64,000 nucleotides of DNA from Acidimicrobiales bacterium (lineage in GTDB: Bacteria; Actinomycetota; Acidimicrobiia; Acidimicrobiales; Aldehydirespiratoraceae). Below the pieces are notes generated by a model. That model did no database searches. It saw only the letters and a program-made list of their open reading frames with translations, and was not told the origin of the DNA. The stretch spans positions 84,841-148,840 of the forward strand of contig JAQWMR010000004.1 of NCBI GenBank assembly GCA_029246685.1. The letters are read 5' to 3'. A program made the translations under genes and the position numbers. Position 1 is the stretch's first letter. Each line of letters begins with the position of its first letter. Shown piece by piece: positions 46,794 to 56,369 of the stretch.

Positions 46794-47216
46794 ATGACTC
46801 AGATCCTCGGACAGTTCTGCATCAACGTCGAAGACATCGACCGCGCGATCGAGTTCTGGGAGGGCGTGTGTGAGCTCGAGCTCCAACACCGCACCGAGAT
46901 CCCCGCCGCGTTCGAGGCGGTCCTGCAGTCGCCACACGGCGGATCGCGCCTGCAGCTCGCGCAGCAGAAGGACCAGGACGGCCCGATCGACATGGGCACC
47001 GCGATGTGGAAGATCTACATCAACACCTCCGATTGTCAGGCGGTCTACGACCGAGCGATCGCCGCGGGCTGCGAGTCCGTCACGGAGCCGCAGAAGCTCG
47101 ACCGGTGGCCGGTCACGGTCGCATTCGTGAAGGACTTCGACGGCTATCTCGTGGAATTCGTCGAGCACGCGGAAGGCACCCGTCCCGGCGTGCCGGATCC
47201 GAAGAAGGTCGGCTGA
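46794..47216 (+). CDS. VOC-family (glyoxalase/bleomycin-resistance fold) protein
   Basis: 140 aa, beta-alpha-beta-beta-beta type sequence; stop lies 3 nt before the mutase ATG. Whether it is a methylmalonyl-CoA epimerase cannot be decided by eye. Confidence 0.7.
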   Translation: MTQILGQFCINVEDIDRAIEFWEGVCELELQHRTEIPAAFEAVLQSPHGGSRLQLAQQKDQDGPIDMGTAMWKIYINTSDCQAVYDRAIAAGCESVTEPQKLDRWPVTVAFVKDFDGYLVEFVEHAEGTRPGVPDPKKVG

Positions 47217-47219
47217 TCC

Positions 47220-49154
47220 ATGCCTGACCGTCCGTGGATCATGCGGACGTACTCGGGTCACTCCTCGGCTGCCGCGAGCAACGAGCTCTACCGGACCAAC
47301 CTCGCCAAGGGGCAAACCGGGTTGTCCGTCGCGTTCGACCTGCCGACACAGACGGGCTACGACCCCGACCACGTCCTCGCCCGGGGCGAGGTGGGCAAGG
47401 TCGGTGTTCCTGTCACCCATCTGGGCGACATGGCCACGCTGCTCGAGGGCATCCCCGTCGACTCGATGAACACGTCGATGACGATCAACGCGCCAGCTGC
47501 GTGGCTCCTCGCCCTCTACATCGCCCACGCGGAGACCCAGGGTGTCTCCCGGTCCGCGCTTCGGGGCACCACACAGAACGACATCGTCAAGGAGTACCTC
47601 AGCCGCGGGACCTACATCTTCCCGCCTGAGCCGTCGAAGCGACTGATCGTTGACACGATGGCCTTCTGCGCAGCAGAGGTGCCGAAGTGGAACCCGATCA
47701 ACATCTGCTCGTACCACCTCCAGGAGGCGGGCGCGACGCCCGTCCAGGAGATCTCGATGGCGCTCGCCACTGCGGTCGACGTTCTCGATGCGGTGCAGGC
47801 CTCGGGCCAGGTCGACGGCGACCGGTTCACCGAGGTGGTCGCGGCCGTTTCCTTCTTCGCCAACGCCGGCATCCGCTTCGTCGAGGAGACGTGCAAGATG
47901 CGGGCGTTCACGCAGATGTGGGGTCGCATCACCGACGAGCGCTACGGCATCACCGACCCGAAGGCCCGCCGGTTCCGTTATGGCGTGCAGGTGAACTCGC
48001 TCGGGCTCACTGCGGAGCAGCCGGAGAACAACGTGCATCGGATCGGGATGGAGATCCTCGGCGTCACGCTCTCGAAGGACGCCCGGGCCCGCTCGATTCA
48101 GCTGCCGGCGTGGAACGAAGCGCTGGGCCTGCCCCGACCATGGGATCAGCAGTGGTCACTGCGGATGCAGCAGATCCTTGCGCACGAGTCCGACCTGCTC
48201 GAGTACGACGACATCTTCGCCGGCTCGCATGTCATCGAAGGCAAGACCGCCGAGCTGATCGAGGAGGCCGGCGCCGCGCTCGACGAGATCGTCGAGGCAG
48301 GCGGAGCGTTCGCCAACGTCGAGGGGCTCAAGGCGCAGTTGGTGCGTTCGCACGCCGAGCGACGGGCGCGGATCGAGCGGGGCGATCTCACTGTGGTCGG
48401 GGTGAACGACTTCGTGGAGGCCGAACCGTCGCCGCTCGGTGGCGCGGCCAGCATCCTGCGAGCCGACCCTGCTGTGGAGGCGACCCTGATCGAGGCGCTC
48501 GGCGAGTGGCGGGCCGAGCGTGACCAAACCGCGGTCGACGGTGCGCTGGCCACGCTCGCCGATGCCGCGGCCAGCGAAGCGAATGTCATGGAGCCCTCGA
48601 TCGCCCTCGCCCACGCGGGGGGCACCACGGGGGAGTGGGCCGACGTGCTGCGTGGGGCATTCGGCGAGTACCGCGGCCCGACCGGCGTTGCCGCGGCGGG
48701 GCCTCGTCCTGCCTCGTCGTCGCTGACGGCTGTTCGGACACGCCTCGGTGATGGACCGCCGCCCCGCGTTCTCGTCGCGAAGCCTGGCCTCGACGGACAT
48801 TCCAATGGCGCCGAGCAACTCGCGCTCGCAGGACGCGACGCCGGGATGGAAGTGATCTACGTGGGAATCCGTTCGACTCCCGCGCAGATCGCTCAGGCTG
48901 CGCAGGAGGAGGACGTCGATCTGATCGGTCTGTCCATTCTCTCCGGCAGCCACGTGTCGCTCGTGCGCGACACCATGGCGGCGCTCGGCGAGACTGGCGT
49001 TGACGCGCCGGTCGTGGTCGGCGGCATCATCCCCGACGCTGACCATGAAGAGCTCCGAGACCTCGGCGTCCAACGCATCTACACGCCGGTGGACTACGAC
49101 CTCGGCGTGATCGTCGGGGAGATGGCGGATCTCGCGATCGCACATCGGAGTTAG
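47220..49154 (+). CDS. Fused B12-dependent acyl-CoA mutase (methylmalonyl-CoA mutase family; catalytic + cobalamin-binding domains)
   Basis: IMRTYSGHS, GQTGLSVAFDLPTQTGYD; C-terminal B12 domain VLVAKPGLDGHSNG (DxHxxG), GLSILSGSH. Confidence 0.9.
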   Translation: MPDRPWIMRTYSGHSSAAASNELYRTNLAKGQTGLSVAFDLPTQTGYDPDHVLARGEVGKVGVPVTHLGDMATLLEGIPVDSMNTSMTINAPAAWLLALYIAHAETQGVSRSALRGTTQNDIVKEYLSRGTYIFPPEPSKRLIVDTMAFCAAEVPKWNPINICSYHLQEAGATPVQEISMALATAVDVLDAVQASGQVDGDRFTEVVAAVSFFANAGIRFVEETCKMRAFTQMWGRITDERYGITDPKARRFRYGVQVNSLGLTAEQPENNVHRIGMEILGVTLSKDARARSIQLPAWNEALGLPRPWDQQWSLRMQQILAHESDLLEYDDIFAGSHVIEGKTAELIEEAGAALDEIVEAGGAFANVEGLKAQLVRSHAERRARIERGDLTVVGVNDFVEAEPSPLGGAASILRADPAVEATLIEALGEWRAERDQTAVDGALATLADAAASEANVMEPSIALAHAGGTTGEWADVLRGAFGEYRGPTGVAAAGPRPASSSLTAVRTRLGDGPPPRVLVAKPGLDGHSNGAEQLALAGRDAGMEVIYVGIRSTPAQIAQAAQEEDVDLIGLSILSGSHVSLVRDTMAALGETGVDAPVVVGGIIPDADHEELRDLGVQRIYTPVDYDLGVIVGEMADLAIAHRS

Positions 49155-49156
49155 CG

Positions 49157-49897
49157 ATGCGGGTCGCGTCCTACAACATCCGAAACGCCCGGGCGATCGA
49201 CCCGACGTCGTGGTGGTGGCGCCGCCGCCGTCGGGTGGGCGACGTGATCGCCGATCTGGAAGCAGACGTCGTCTGCCTGCAAGAGGCGTACCCGTCGCAG
49301 ATCCGCTACCTACAGCGGGGGCCGTTGGCGTCGCCCGAGTGGGAGTTCGTGGGCCGGGGTCGCAACGCCCGCGGGGGTGGCGAGGCCGTGCCGGTGTTCG
49401 CTCAGGCCGCCCGGTTCACTCTGCGAGACGGCCACACGCAGTGGTTCGGCTCCACTCCGCACGACCCGGGTACTCACATGACCGGCGCCGCGCACCCACG
49501 GATCAGCACGAGCGCGAGCTACGACGTGGTCGGACGCGAGCAGGCCGTCACGATCGTCAATCTACATCTCGATCACGCCTCGGCCGATCGTCGTGGGGCA
49601 AGCGTCGACCAGATCGTGTCCACGCTGCCCGAGGTCCGCGAGTCGCTTGTCGTCCTCGGTGACTTCAACGGTCCGCTCACCGAGTCGTGGAGTGAGGCCC
49701 TCCGGGGTGTGGGGTTTCGGTCTGTTCTCGAGGACGGCAGCGGGCCGACGGCCAACGGGTTCGGCGATTCGTCCGGTCAGCAACAGATCGACCATATCTT
49801 CGTCCGCGACGACGTGACCGTCCTTGATGCCCGGATCGTGACCGAGGCCGGCCATGCGTCGGACCACTACCCGGTCGTTGCCGACCTCGAGTTGTAG
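49157..49897 (+). CDS. Endonuclease/exonuclease/phosphatase (EEP) family protein
   Basis: VASYNIRN, VVCLQE, C-terminal SDHYPVVADL. Confidence 0.85.
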   Translation: MRVASYNIRNARAIDPTSWWWRRRRRVGDVIADLEADVVCLQEAYPSQIRYLQRGPLASPEWEFVGRGRNARGGGEAVPVFAQAARFTLRDGHTQWFGSTPHDPGTHMTGAAHPRISTSASYDVVGREQAVTIVNLHLDHASADRRGASVDQIVSTLPEVRESLVVLGDFNGPLTESWSEALRGVGFRSVLEDGSGPTANGFGDSSGQQQIDHIFVRDDVTVLDARIVTEAGHASDHYPVVADLEL

Positions 49898-49906
49898 TCG
49901 GCTCAC

Positions 49907-50818
49907 TCAGTCGAGAGCGTCGCGGAGCGTTTCGCCGAGTTCGCGGTAGAGCGCGGCTGCGGGAGATCGTCGTCGCCAGGTCAGGACGAGCTGTCGGGTC
50001 GGTGGCTCTCCCCGGAAGGGACGCACGACGATGCCGGTGCCATCGCGGGCTTCGACCGAGCGGGCGCTGCGGGGCAAGAGCGTGATGCCCATGCCGGCTG
50101 CGACCATCTGACACAACGTGGAGAGACTCGTCGCCTGGATCTCGCCGGCCTCCTCGGCGCCAACTCGGCTACAGATCTCCAGCGCCTGATCGCGGAGGCA
50201 GTGGCCGTCTTCGAGCAGCAGAACGGCCTCGCCGACGAGTTCGTCGACGGGGACGTCTTCCACCCCTGCGAAGACGTGCTGGGGAGCGAGCGCCAGCTCG
50301 AACGGATCGTCGAGCACGTTCACATGGTCGAGAGACTCGTCCTCGACGGGGAGGGCCATCAAGCCGAGATCGATCTCGCCGCGGGCCAGCGCGGGAACGA
50401 GTGCCGGGGTCTGCATTTCCCGCAGGTGGGTCTCGGCCTCGGAATGGAGTTCGCGCAGCAGCGGCACGAACCGGGGGAGGAGATACGGCGCCACCGTGGG
50501 AATGGCTGCGATCCGAAGCCGCCCCCGGAGCTGCGTTGCCGACTGCCTCCCGAGGGCAACGAGGTCGTCGGTGTCACGAAGGACTCGGCGGGCTCGCTCA
50601 GCCAGATCGCGCCCGGCGGGGGTGAGCTGGATGCCCCGCCCGATTCGCTCGATGACGACCGTACCGACGGAGTGTTCGAGCTGCTTCAGCTGCGCACTCA
50701 ACGATGGCTGGGCAACATGGCACGACTCGGCCGCCCGGCCGATGTGGCCCTCGTCGGCAACCGCGACGAGGTACTCGAGTTGGCGAAGGGTCGGACGGGA
50801 ATCAGTCCCGGAATACAT
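49907..50818 (-). CDS. oxyR: LysR-family regulator, OxyR-like
   Basis: HTH LRQLEYLVAVADEGHIGRAAESCHVAQPSLSAQL; redox-Cys region LLLEDGHCLRDQALEIC as in E. coli OxyR (C199/C208 region). Confidence 0.8.
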   Translation of the reverse strand: MYSGTDSRPTLRQLEYLVAVADEGHIGRAAESCHVAQPSLSAQLKQLEHSVGTVVIERIGRGIQLTPAGRDLAERARRVLRDTDDLVALGRQSATQLRGRLRIAAIPTVAPYLLPRFVPLLRELHSEAETHLREMQTPALVPALARGEIDLGLMALPVEDESLDHVNVLDDPFELALAPQHVFAGVEDVPVDELVGEAVLLLEDGHCLRDQALEICSRVGAEEAGEIQATSLSTLCQMVAAGMGITLLPRSARSVEARDGTGIVVRPFRGEPPTRQLVLTWRRRSPAAALYRELGETLRDALD

Positions 50819-50827
50819 AGCTCTAGA

Positions 50828-50856
50828 CTATCAAATACATAGAATACATGTTCTAT
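50828..50856. promoter_or_regulatory. OxyR/LysR-type binding motif in the divergent intergenic region
   Basis: CTAT-N7-ATAG-N10-CTAT (CTATCAAATACATAGAATACATGTTCTAT), including the inverted repeat ATAGAA/TTCTAT; the stretch is AT-rich. Confidence 0.45.
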
Positions 50857-50888
50857 ACCCTCCAGACCCGTGAGTGCATACTGACCGT

Positions 50889-51473
50889 ATGACTGCACCA
50901 GACGATCTCTCTGTCGCCAACTTCGGACCGCTCCTCGCCCTCGCCGGCACGTGGGAGGGTCACGGTGGCGTCGACTTCTCGTTCCACCACGCCGACGAGC
51001 AAACGGGGGATACGGCCTACTTCGAGCGGGTGACGTTCTCACCATTCGGCCCTGTCGACAACGGCACGCAATCTCTCTATGGCCTCGACTACCGCATGGC
51101 CGCCTGGCGAGCGACGGAACTCGACCAGGACCCGTTCCACACCGAGGTCGGCTACTGGCTCTATGACCCGGCGGCTGAGCAGATCATGCGCTGCTTCGTG
51201 ATTCCGCGCGGCACCGTGGTGATCGCCGGTGGCAGCTGCGCGGCCGACGCCACGCAGTTCGAACTCGCGGCCGACCTCGGGAACACGAACTGCGGCGTTC
51301 TCGAGAATCGGTACCTCGCGGAGAACGCCTCGACCGTGGCCTACAAGGCGACGATCTCCGTTGGCGATGACGAGTGGTCCTACGACCAGGACTCCGTCCT
51401 GCGGATGGCCGGCCGCGACGAACTGCTGCACCACACCGATCGCAACACTCTCACCCGGGTGGCCGACGCTTAA
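50889..51473 (+). CDS. Nitrobindin-like heme-binding beta-barrel (DUF1794/THAP4-like) protein
   Basis: LLALAGTWEGHGG, PFHTEVGYWLYD, C-terminal LLHHTDRNTL pattern; ATG 50889 (GTG 50874 alternative). Confidence 0.65.
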   Translation: MTAPDDLSVANFGPLLALAGTWEGHGGVDFSFHHADEQTGDTAYFERVTFSPFGPVDNGTQSLYGLDYRMAAWRATELDQDPFHTEVGYWLYDPAAEQIMRCFVIPRGTVVIAGGSCAADATQFELAADLGNTNCGVLENRYLAENASTVAYKATISVGDDEWSYDQDSVLRMAGRDELLHHTDRNTLTRVADA

Positions 51474-52204
51474 GCGGGCTGAGGCGCCTGGATGAACTCC
51501 AGGCAGGCGCCATCCGGGTCGCGGAAGAATGCGGCCCACAGTCCGTCGATCGGGATGGTCGGACCCATGTCGAGCCACACCGGATCGGGACACTCGACCC
51601 CTCCGGCTCGCACCTGAGCGACCGCCGCCGCGGCATCGTCGACGAGAATCGCCATCCGGAAGACCCCGAGGTTCGTGGCCGACGAGTACGCGGGGATCGA
51701 GACGTCGCCCGGTCGCAGGCTGATGGTGAACTCGTCGCCCGGAAGACGCATTCCGCCTGCCGACTCCTCGAATCCGAGGACCGAGCCGTACCACTCGTTG
51801 GACGCCTCGACGTCGACGACGTTGATCACCGCGCCCGCGAAGCGGACCGCCGATCCCGGCGTGACTTCGAGGAGTGTGCGGTCAGGGTCAGTCATCACGG
51901 TCAGTTCGTTGACCGATGGGTGCTCGATGCACAGAGCGGCGAGCCCGAGGCCGTCGGCCGGCTGCGGTCGACCCACGGGGAGCGGCTGCTTCCACTCCAG
52001 AAGGTCGATCACCGGATTCGCGCGGCCGTCCGACATCATCCACGCGTCCCATTGGGCGGCGCCGTCGATGCCGAACCCGCCGCCGTCCTGCGGTTCGGGG
52101 TTCGTGCGAATCAGCGGGCTCAGCCCGAGCTCGTCCCGATAGAACGCCAGCGCTTCGTTGAGGTCCGAGCAGTTCACATTGCAGTGCTGGACGTGGCGGA
52201 TCAC
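51470..52204 (-). CDS. Two-domain VOC-family protein (glyoxalase/dioxygenase fold)
   Basis: Two VOC modules (IRHVQHCNVNCSDLNEALAFY; FAGAVINVVDVEASNEWY); ends FFRDPDGACLEF. Confidence 0.75.
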   Translation of the reverse strand: MIRHVQHCNVNCSDLNEALAFYRDELGLSPLIRTNPEPQDGGGFGIDGAAQWDAWMMSDGRANPVIDLLEWKQPLPVGRPQPADGLGLAALCIEHPSVNELTVMTDPDRTLLEVTPGSAVRFAGAVINVVDVEASNEWYGSVLGFEESAGGMRLPGDEFTISLRPGDVSIPAYSSATNLGVFRMAILVDDAAAAVAQVRAGGVECPDPVWLDMGPTIPIDGLWAAFFRDPDGACLEFIQAPQPA

Positions 52205-52206
52205 GC

Positions 52207-53097
52207 TCAGCCCGGGTCTGCCGCGTCGCGGAATGACTCGAGGATCTCGCCGAGGCGTCCCTCGTCATAGATGTCTTCGGGGTTCGCTCGCACCATCTGA
52301 TCGAGGATCTTGGCGTCCTCGCCGACCAGGATCCTCCAGCGGTTCTCGCGCACGCCGTCGAGGATGACGGTCGCCGCTTCAGCAGCGGTCATCGGCGCGT
52401 TCTTCTCGAACTCCTCGGCTGCGGTGTCCATCATCCAGCGGATGTCCTCTGTCACCTCGGGGTTGTTGCCGTGGCGGAGCGAGCTCTTCACGATTCCCGT
52501 TCCGATGTGGCCGGGCATGACGAGCGAGACGCCGACGTGGGGTGTGTGGTTCCGCAGGTCGATGATGAGCGCTTCGGTGAACCCCTTCACCGCGAACTTC
52601 GCTGCTGAGTACGCGGTGTGGGGACGGTCCGGCCCGAGACTCGCCCAGAACCCGTTCACGCTCGACGTGTTGATGAGGTGGCCCTCGTCGGCGGCCTCGA
52701 GGAGCGGGAGGAACGCCCGGGTGCACCAGTACACGCCACCCCAGCAGATCTCGAACGTGCGGTCCCAGCTCTCACGCGTGCCCTCGAACAGGCTGCCGCC
52801 GCCGCTGATGCCGGCGTTGTTGAACACGAGATTCACATGATCGGTCTCGTGCTGTTCGACGACCTCGTCACGAAACCGGAGGATGGCCTCTTCGCTTCCG
52901 ATATCGCAGTGGTGGCTGGTGATGCGGATGCCGGTCGCCTCTTCGCGGATCTCCGCGACCGTGTCAGCCATGTCGTCGTCGGACAGGTCACAGATGGCGA
53001 CGTCGCACCCTTCGGCGGCGAGCTGGCGGGCCAGTTGACGGCCCATCCCGCTCGCCCCGCCTGTGATGACGGCCAACTTGTCGGAGAAATCGCGCAT
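52207..53097 (-). CDS. SDR-family oxidoreductase
   Basis: ITGGASGMG, NNAG, YSAAK; ATG 53097. Confidence 0.9.
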   Translation of the reverse strand: MRDFSDKLAVITGGASGMGRQLARQLAAEGCDVAICDLSDDDMADTVAEIREEATGIRITSHHCDIGSEEAILRFRDEVVEQHETDHVNLVFNNAGISGGGSLFEGTRESWDRTFEICWGGVYWCTRAFLPLLEAADEGHLINTSSVNGFWASLGPDRPHTAYSAAKFAVKGFTEALIIDLRNHTPHVGVSLVMPGHIGTGIVKSSLRHGNNPEVTEDIRWMMDTAAEEFEKNAPMTAAEAATVILDGVRENRWRILVGEDAKILDQMVRANPEDIYDEGRLGEILESFRDAADPG

Positions 53098-53143
53098 CGG
53101 CCGAGCATACGATCGGCCGGTCGCGACCACCTAAGCTCCGGCG

Positions 53144-54151
53144 ATGTCCGACCCGGCCACGATCGACGACCTGCCCACCCCGAGCCTCGTCGTCGAGCGC
53201 ACGGTGTTCGACGCGAACGTCGCTGCCATGGCCGCGGCCCGGCCCGGAGCGGAGCTACGGCCCCATGTGAAGGCGTTCAAGTCAACGGCCCTGGTGAAGG
53301 AGTTGGCGGCGGCCGGGCACAGCAACTTCTGCGCCGCGACCGTCCGAGAGGTGGAGGGGATGGCGAAGGCCGGGCTCGGCACGGATCTCCTGCTCGCGAA
53401 CCAGTCTCTCGACGTGCGGCGGCTCGGGGCCCTCACCGACGATGGCCACCGAATCACCGTGGCGATCGACTCCGCCGAGACGATCGCGGCAGCGGTCTAC
53501 GGCGGTGTCACCGAGGTGCTCGTCGACGTCAACGTCGGCATGCCCCGCTGTGGGTGCTCGCCCGACGATGCCGGTCGGCTCGCCGATGCCGCTCGTGCGG
53601 TCGGGCTCACAGTGCGCGGCGTCATGGGTTACGAGGGGCACCTGATGATGGCGTCGGCCGACAAGAAGGCCGGTGCGGTCGAGGCGTCCATGGCCGAGCT
53701 GCTGCGGGCCGCCGAGGCGGTGGGCGGCGACGTGATCTCCGCCGGCGGCACGGGCACCTACGCGGCCAACACCTGGGCGACGGAGATCCAAGCCGGGTCG
53801 TACTGCCTCCTCGATACGGACTACGCCAAGCTCGACTCCCCATTCGAGATAGCGATCACCGTGCTGGCGACGGTCATCTCCGTGAACGCTGCCGGATGGG
53901 CTGTGGCCGATGCCGGGCTGAAGGCGTTCGGTATGGACCACGGCGACCCGACCTGGCCCGACGGTGACCTGTTCTTCTGCTCGGATGAGCACACGACGCT
54001 CGTCAACCCCGACGGTCAGCTGCGGGTCGGCGACCGCGTGCGAATGCAGCCCGGACACCTCGACCCCACCATCGCCCGCCACGAACAGATGTGGGTCGTC
54101 GACGGCGAGTCCGTGATCGATCGATGGGCCGTCGACCTGAGGCACTGGTGA
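53144..54151 (+). CDS. Alanine-racemase-fold PLP enzyme (D-threonine aldolase / D-serine dehydratase DSD1-like)
   Basis: DLPTPSLVV, PHVKAFKS (PLP lysine), MGYEGH, GGTGTY, C-terminal SDEHT. Confidence 0.8.
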   Translation: MSDPATIDDLPTPSLVVERTVFDANVAAMAAARPGAELRPHVKAFKSTALVKELAAAGHSNFCAATVREVEGMAKAGLGTDLLLANQSLDVRRLGALTDDGHRITVAIDSAETIAAAVYGGVTEVLVDVNVGMPRCGCSPDDAGRLADAARAVGLTVRGVMGYEGHLMMASADKKAGAVEASMAELLRAAEAVGGDVISAGGTGTYAANTWATEIQAGSYCLLDTDYAKLDSPFEIAITVLATVISVNAAGWAVADAGLKAFGMDHGDPTWPDGDLFFCSDEHTTLVNPDGQLRVGDRVRMQPGHLDPTIARHEQMWVVDGESVIDRWAVDLRHW

Positions 54152-55455
54152 GTCGCACGTACCGGAACTGGGCGGGAAACCAGGTCTGTTTGCCGGCGGA
54201 GATCCTGACGCCGTCCACGCCCGATGAGGTAGCGGCGATCGTGGCTCGGGCGGCCGAGCACGGCCAACGGGTGAAGGCCGTCGGTGCGGGGCACTCGTTC
54301 ACCTCCGCGGCGATGACCGATGGCGTTCTGCTCTCGCTCGACAAGGTGAAGGCGGTCGAGTCGATCGACAGTGCCACCGGGCGCATCACGGTCGGTGCGG
54401 GCATGCGGCTCACCGAACTCAACAAGGTTCTCGACGGTGCCGGGCTGGCCATGCCCAACCTCGGCGACATCGCGTACCAGTCCATCGCCGGTGCGACGGC
54501 TACCGCGACACATGGCACGGGAGCGGACCTCGGCAACCTCGCCACGACGATCGTCGGCATGGAGATCGTGGACGGGCGCGGTCAACGGATCTGGTGCGAT
54601 GAGACGGAGCGACCAGAATTCCTGCGGGTCGCCAGCGTCGGTGTCGGCGCGCTCGGGATCATCACGCGGGTGACGCTGCAGTGCATGCCCGCGTTCGATC
54701 TGCGAGCCACCGAGTCGATCGAGAGTCTGGACGATCTTCTCGAGTCGTTCGGCGACGACGTGGCGGCCAACGATCACTTCGAGTTCTTCTGGATGCCCGG
54801 CGCCCGACGCTGTCAGGTCAAACGCAACAACCGCACGGCCGACCCGCGTGAGCCCGAATCGCGGATGACCTACTTCCGCAACAAGATCCTCACGGAGAAC
54901 ATCGCCGCGGGGCTCGTCGTCAAGGTCGGTGCCCGGTTCCCATCGGCCGCGCCTCGGATCGGCGAGCTGGCGGGAAGCAGCGTGAAGCCCCGCGAGCTCG
55001 TCGACAAGAGCTACAAGATCTTCGCCAGCCCTCGCTGGATCCGGTTCTACGAGATGGAGTACGGCATCCCCCGCGAGGCCTTCCCCGAGGCGATGTCACG
55101 GGTTCGTGATCTCGTCGCCGGGATCGGTGAACCGATCTTCTTTCCGGTCGAGGCTCGAGTTTCGGCAGCCGACGACATTCCACTGTCCACGGGCTATGGC
55201 CGAGACAGCGCCTGGATCGCCGTTCACGTGCACAAGGGCGGGTCGTACGAGACGTATTTCCAAGGAGTCGAGAAGATCATGAACGACTACGAGGGGCGGC
55301 CCCACTGGGGAAAGCTCCACTTCCAGGATCACACGACGTTGGCGTCGCGTTATCCCGAATGGGACGCGTTTCAGGCGGTGCGGGCCGAACTCGATCCCGC
55401 CGGTCGGTTCGCCAACGCCTACACCGACCGAGTGCTCGGGCCGGTGCGGTCATGA
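54148..55455 (+). CDS. FAD-linked sugar-1,4-lactone oxidase (D-arabinono-/L-gulono-1,4-lactone oxidase family)
   Basis: YRNWAGNQ, VGAGHSF, C-terminal GRPHWGK; GTGA overlap with the upstream stop (ATG 54124 alternative). Confidence 0.85.
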   Translation: MSRTYRNWAGNQVCLPAEILTPSTPDEVAAIVARAAEHGQRVKAVGAGHSFTSAAMTDGVLLSLDKVKAVESIDSATGRITVGAGMRLTELNKVLDGAGLAMPNLGDIAYQSIAGATATATHGTGADLGNLATTIVGMEIVDGRGQRIWCDETERPEFLRVASVGVGALGIITRVTLQCMPAFDLRATESIESLDDLLESFGDDVAANDHFEFFWMPGARRCQVKRNNRTADPREPESRMTYFRNKILTENIAAGLVVKVGARFPSAAPRIGELAGSSVKPRELVDKSYKIFASPRWIRFYEMEYGIPREAFPEAMSRVRDLVAGIGEPIFFPVEARVSAADDIPLSTGYGRDSAWIAVHVHKGGSYETYFQGVEKIMNDYEGRPHWGKLHFQDHTTLASRYPEWDAFQAVRAELDPAGRFANAYTDRVLGPVRS

Positions 55456-56369
55456 GGCGAGCAGTGGTGATGGCGGTGCTCGCCACAGGACTGCTGGCGT
55501 CGAGTTGCGGCGAGGCCGAACTCCCGGCCGGCATCGAAGCCCAAGTGGAGATCACGGCAGACAACCGGTCAGCAAACGCGGGCGTCGACTTCAACGAGGG
55601 ACTCACGCCCGCGGAGGAGGACTGTCTCACCGAATCCGTCGGGGTGCAGGTGCTGGGCGGCAATGTCTTCGAGGGATCAGATACGGGTGATGACGCCCGC
55701 ACGGCGGTCGCTCAGAGCATCCTCGACTGTGTCGAGGATCCATCAGAATGGACCGGTTTCGTCGAGGGTGTGGCCGTGGGCATGGAAGCTGCGTTCGCCG
55801 ACGGCGTGGACCTGTCCACGGACGAGTCGGCGTGCTTTGTTCGAGAAGTAGTCGCGAACGCCGATGATCCGGCGCGGGTGTTCGCCGTAGGTGACTCGGA
55901 GGATGCGCTCACCGTTCTCGCGGCGGCCCTGTACGACTGCTTGACTGCGGAGAACTTCTCGTTGGCAACCGGGGCCGAATCCGATCTTCGCGCCTACGGC
56001 GACGACCCCGATCTCGACGACCTCCACGATCGTTGCTCCGCCGGGAGCATGACCTCGTGCGACCTCCTGTGGTGGCAGAGCGCCGTCGGGACCGAGTACG
56101 AGGAGCACGCGCGGGCGTGTGGCGGCCTGACGCAGGTCGACGACTGGTGCTCTGGCGTGGTGACCGGGCTGGACAGGCTTGTCGACGACGCGGCTGATCC
56201 CGGTCTCGCAGTACTTGTGGCCGACTGTCAGGACGGTGACCTGTTCGCCTGCGACCTCGTGTTCCAATTCTCGATTCCCGGCACGGACGCGGAGGAGATC
56301 GGTCGACGGTGTGGTCCGCTCGAGATCCCGAGTCGCATCGGGAACTGCCGCCGGTTCGACGACGAGTGA
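55452..56369 (+). CDS. Acidic, Cys-rich secreted lipoprotein, unknown function
   Basis: MRRAVVMAVLATGLLASSCG lipobox; two copies of a C-x(n)-CDL-x3-[QW]-x-S...CG motif (CSAGSMTSCDLLWWQS...ACG; CQDGDLFACDLVFQFS...RCG); ATGA overlap with the upstream stop. Confidence 0.7.
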   Translation: MRRAVVMAVLATGLLASSCGEAELPAGIEAQVEITADNRSANAGVDFNEGLTPAEEDCLTESVGVQVLGGNVFEGSDTGDDARTAVAQSILDCVEDPSEWTGFVEGVAVGMEAAFADGVDLSTDESACFVREVVANADDPARVFAVGDSEDALTVLAAALYDCLTAENFSLATGAESDLRAYGDDPDLDDLHDRCSAGSMTSCDLLWWQSAVGTEYEEHARACGGLTQVDDWCSGVVTGLDRLVDDAADPGLAVLVADCQDGDLFACDLVFQFSIPGTDAEEIGRRCGPLEIPSRIGNCRRFDDE

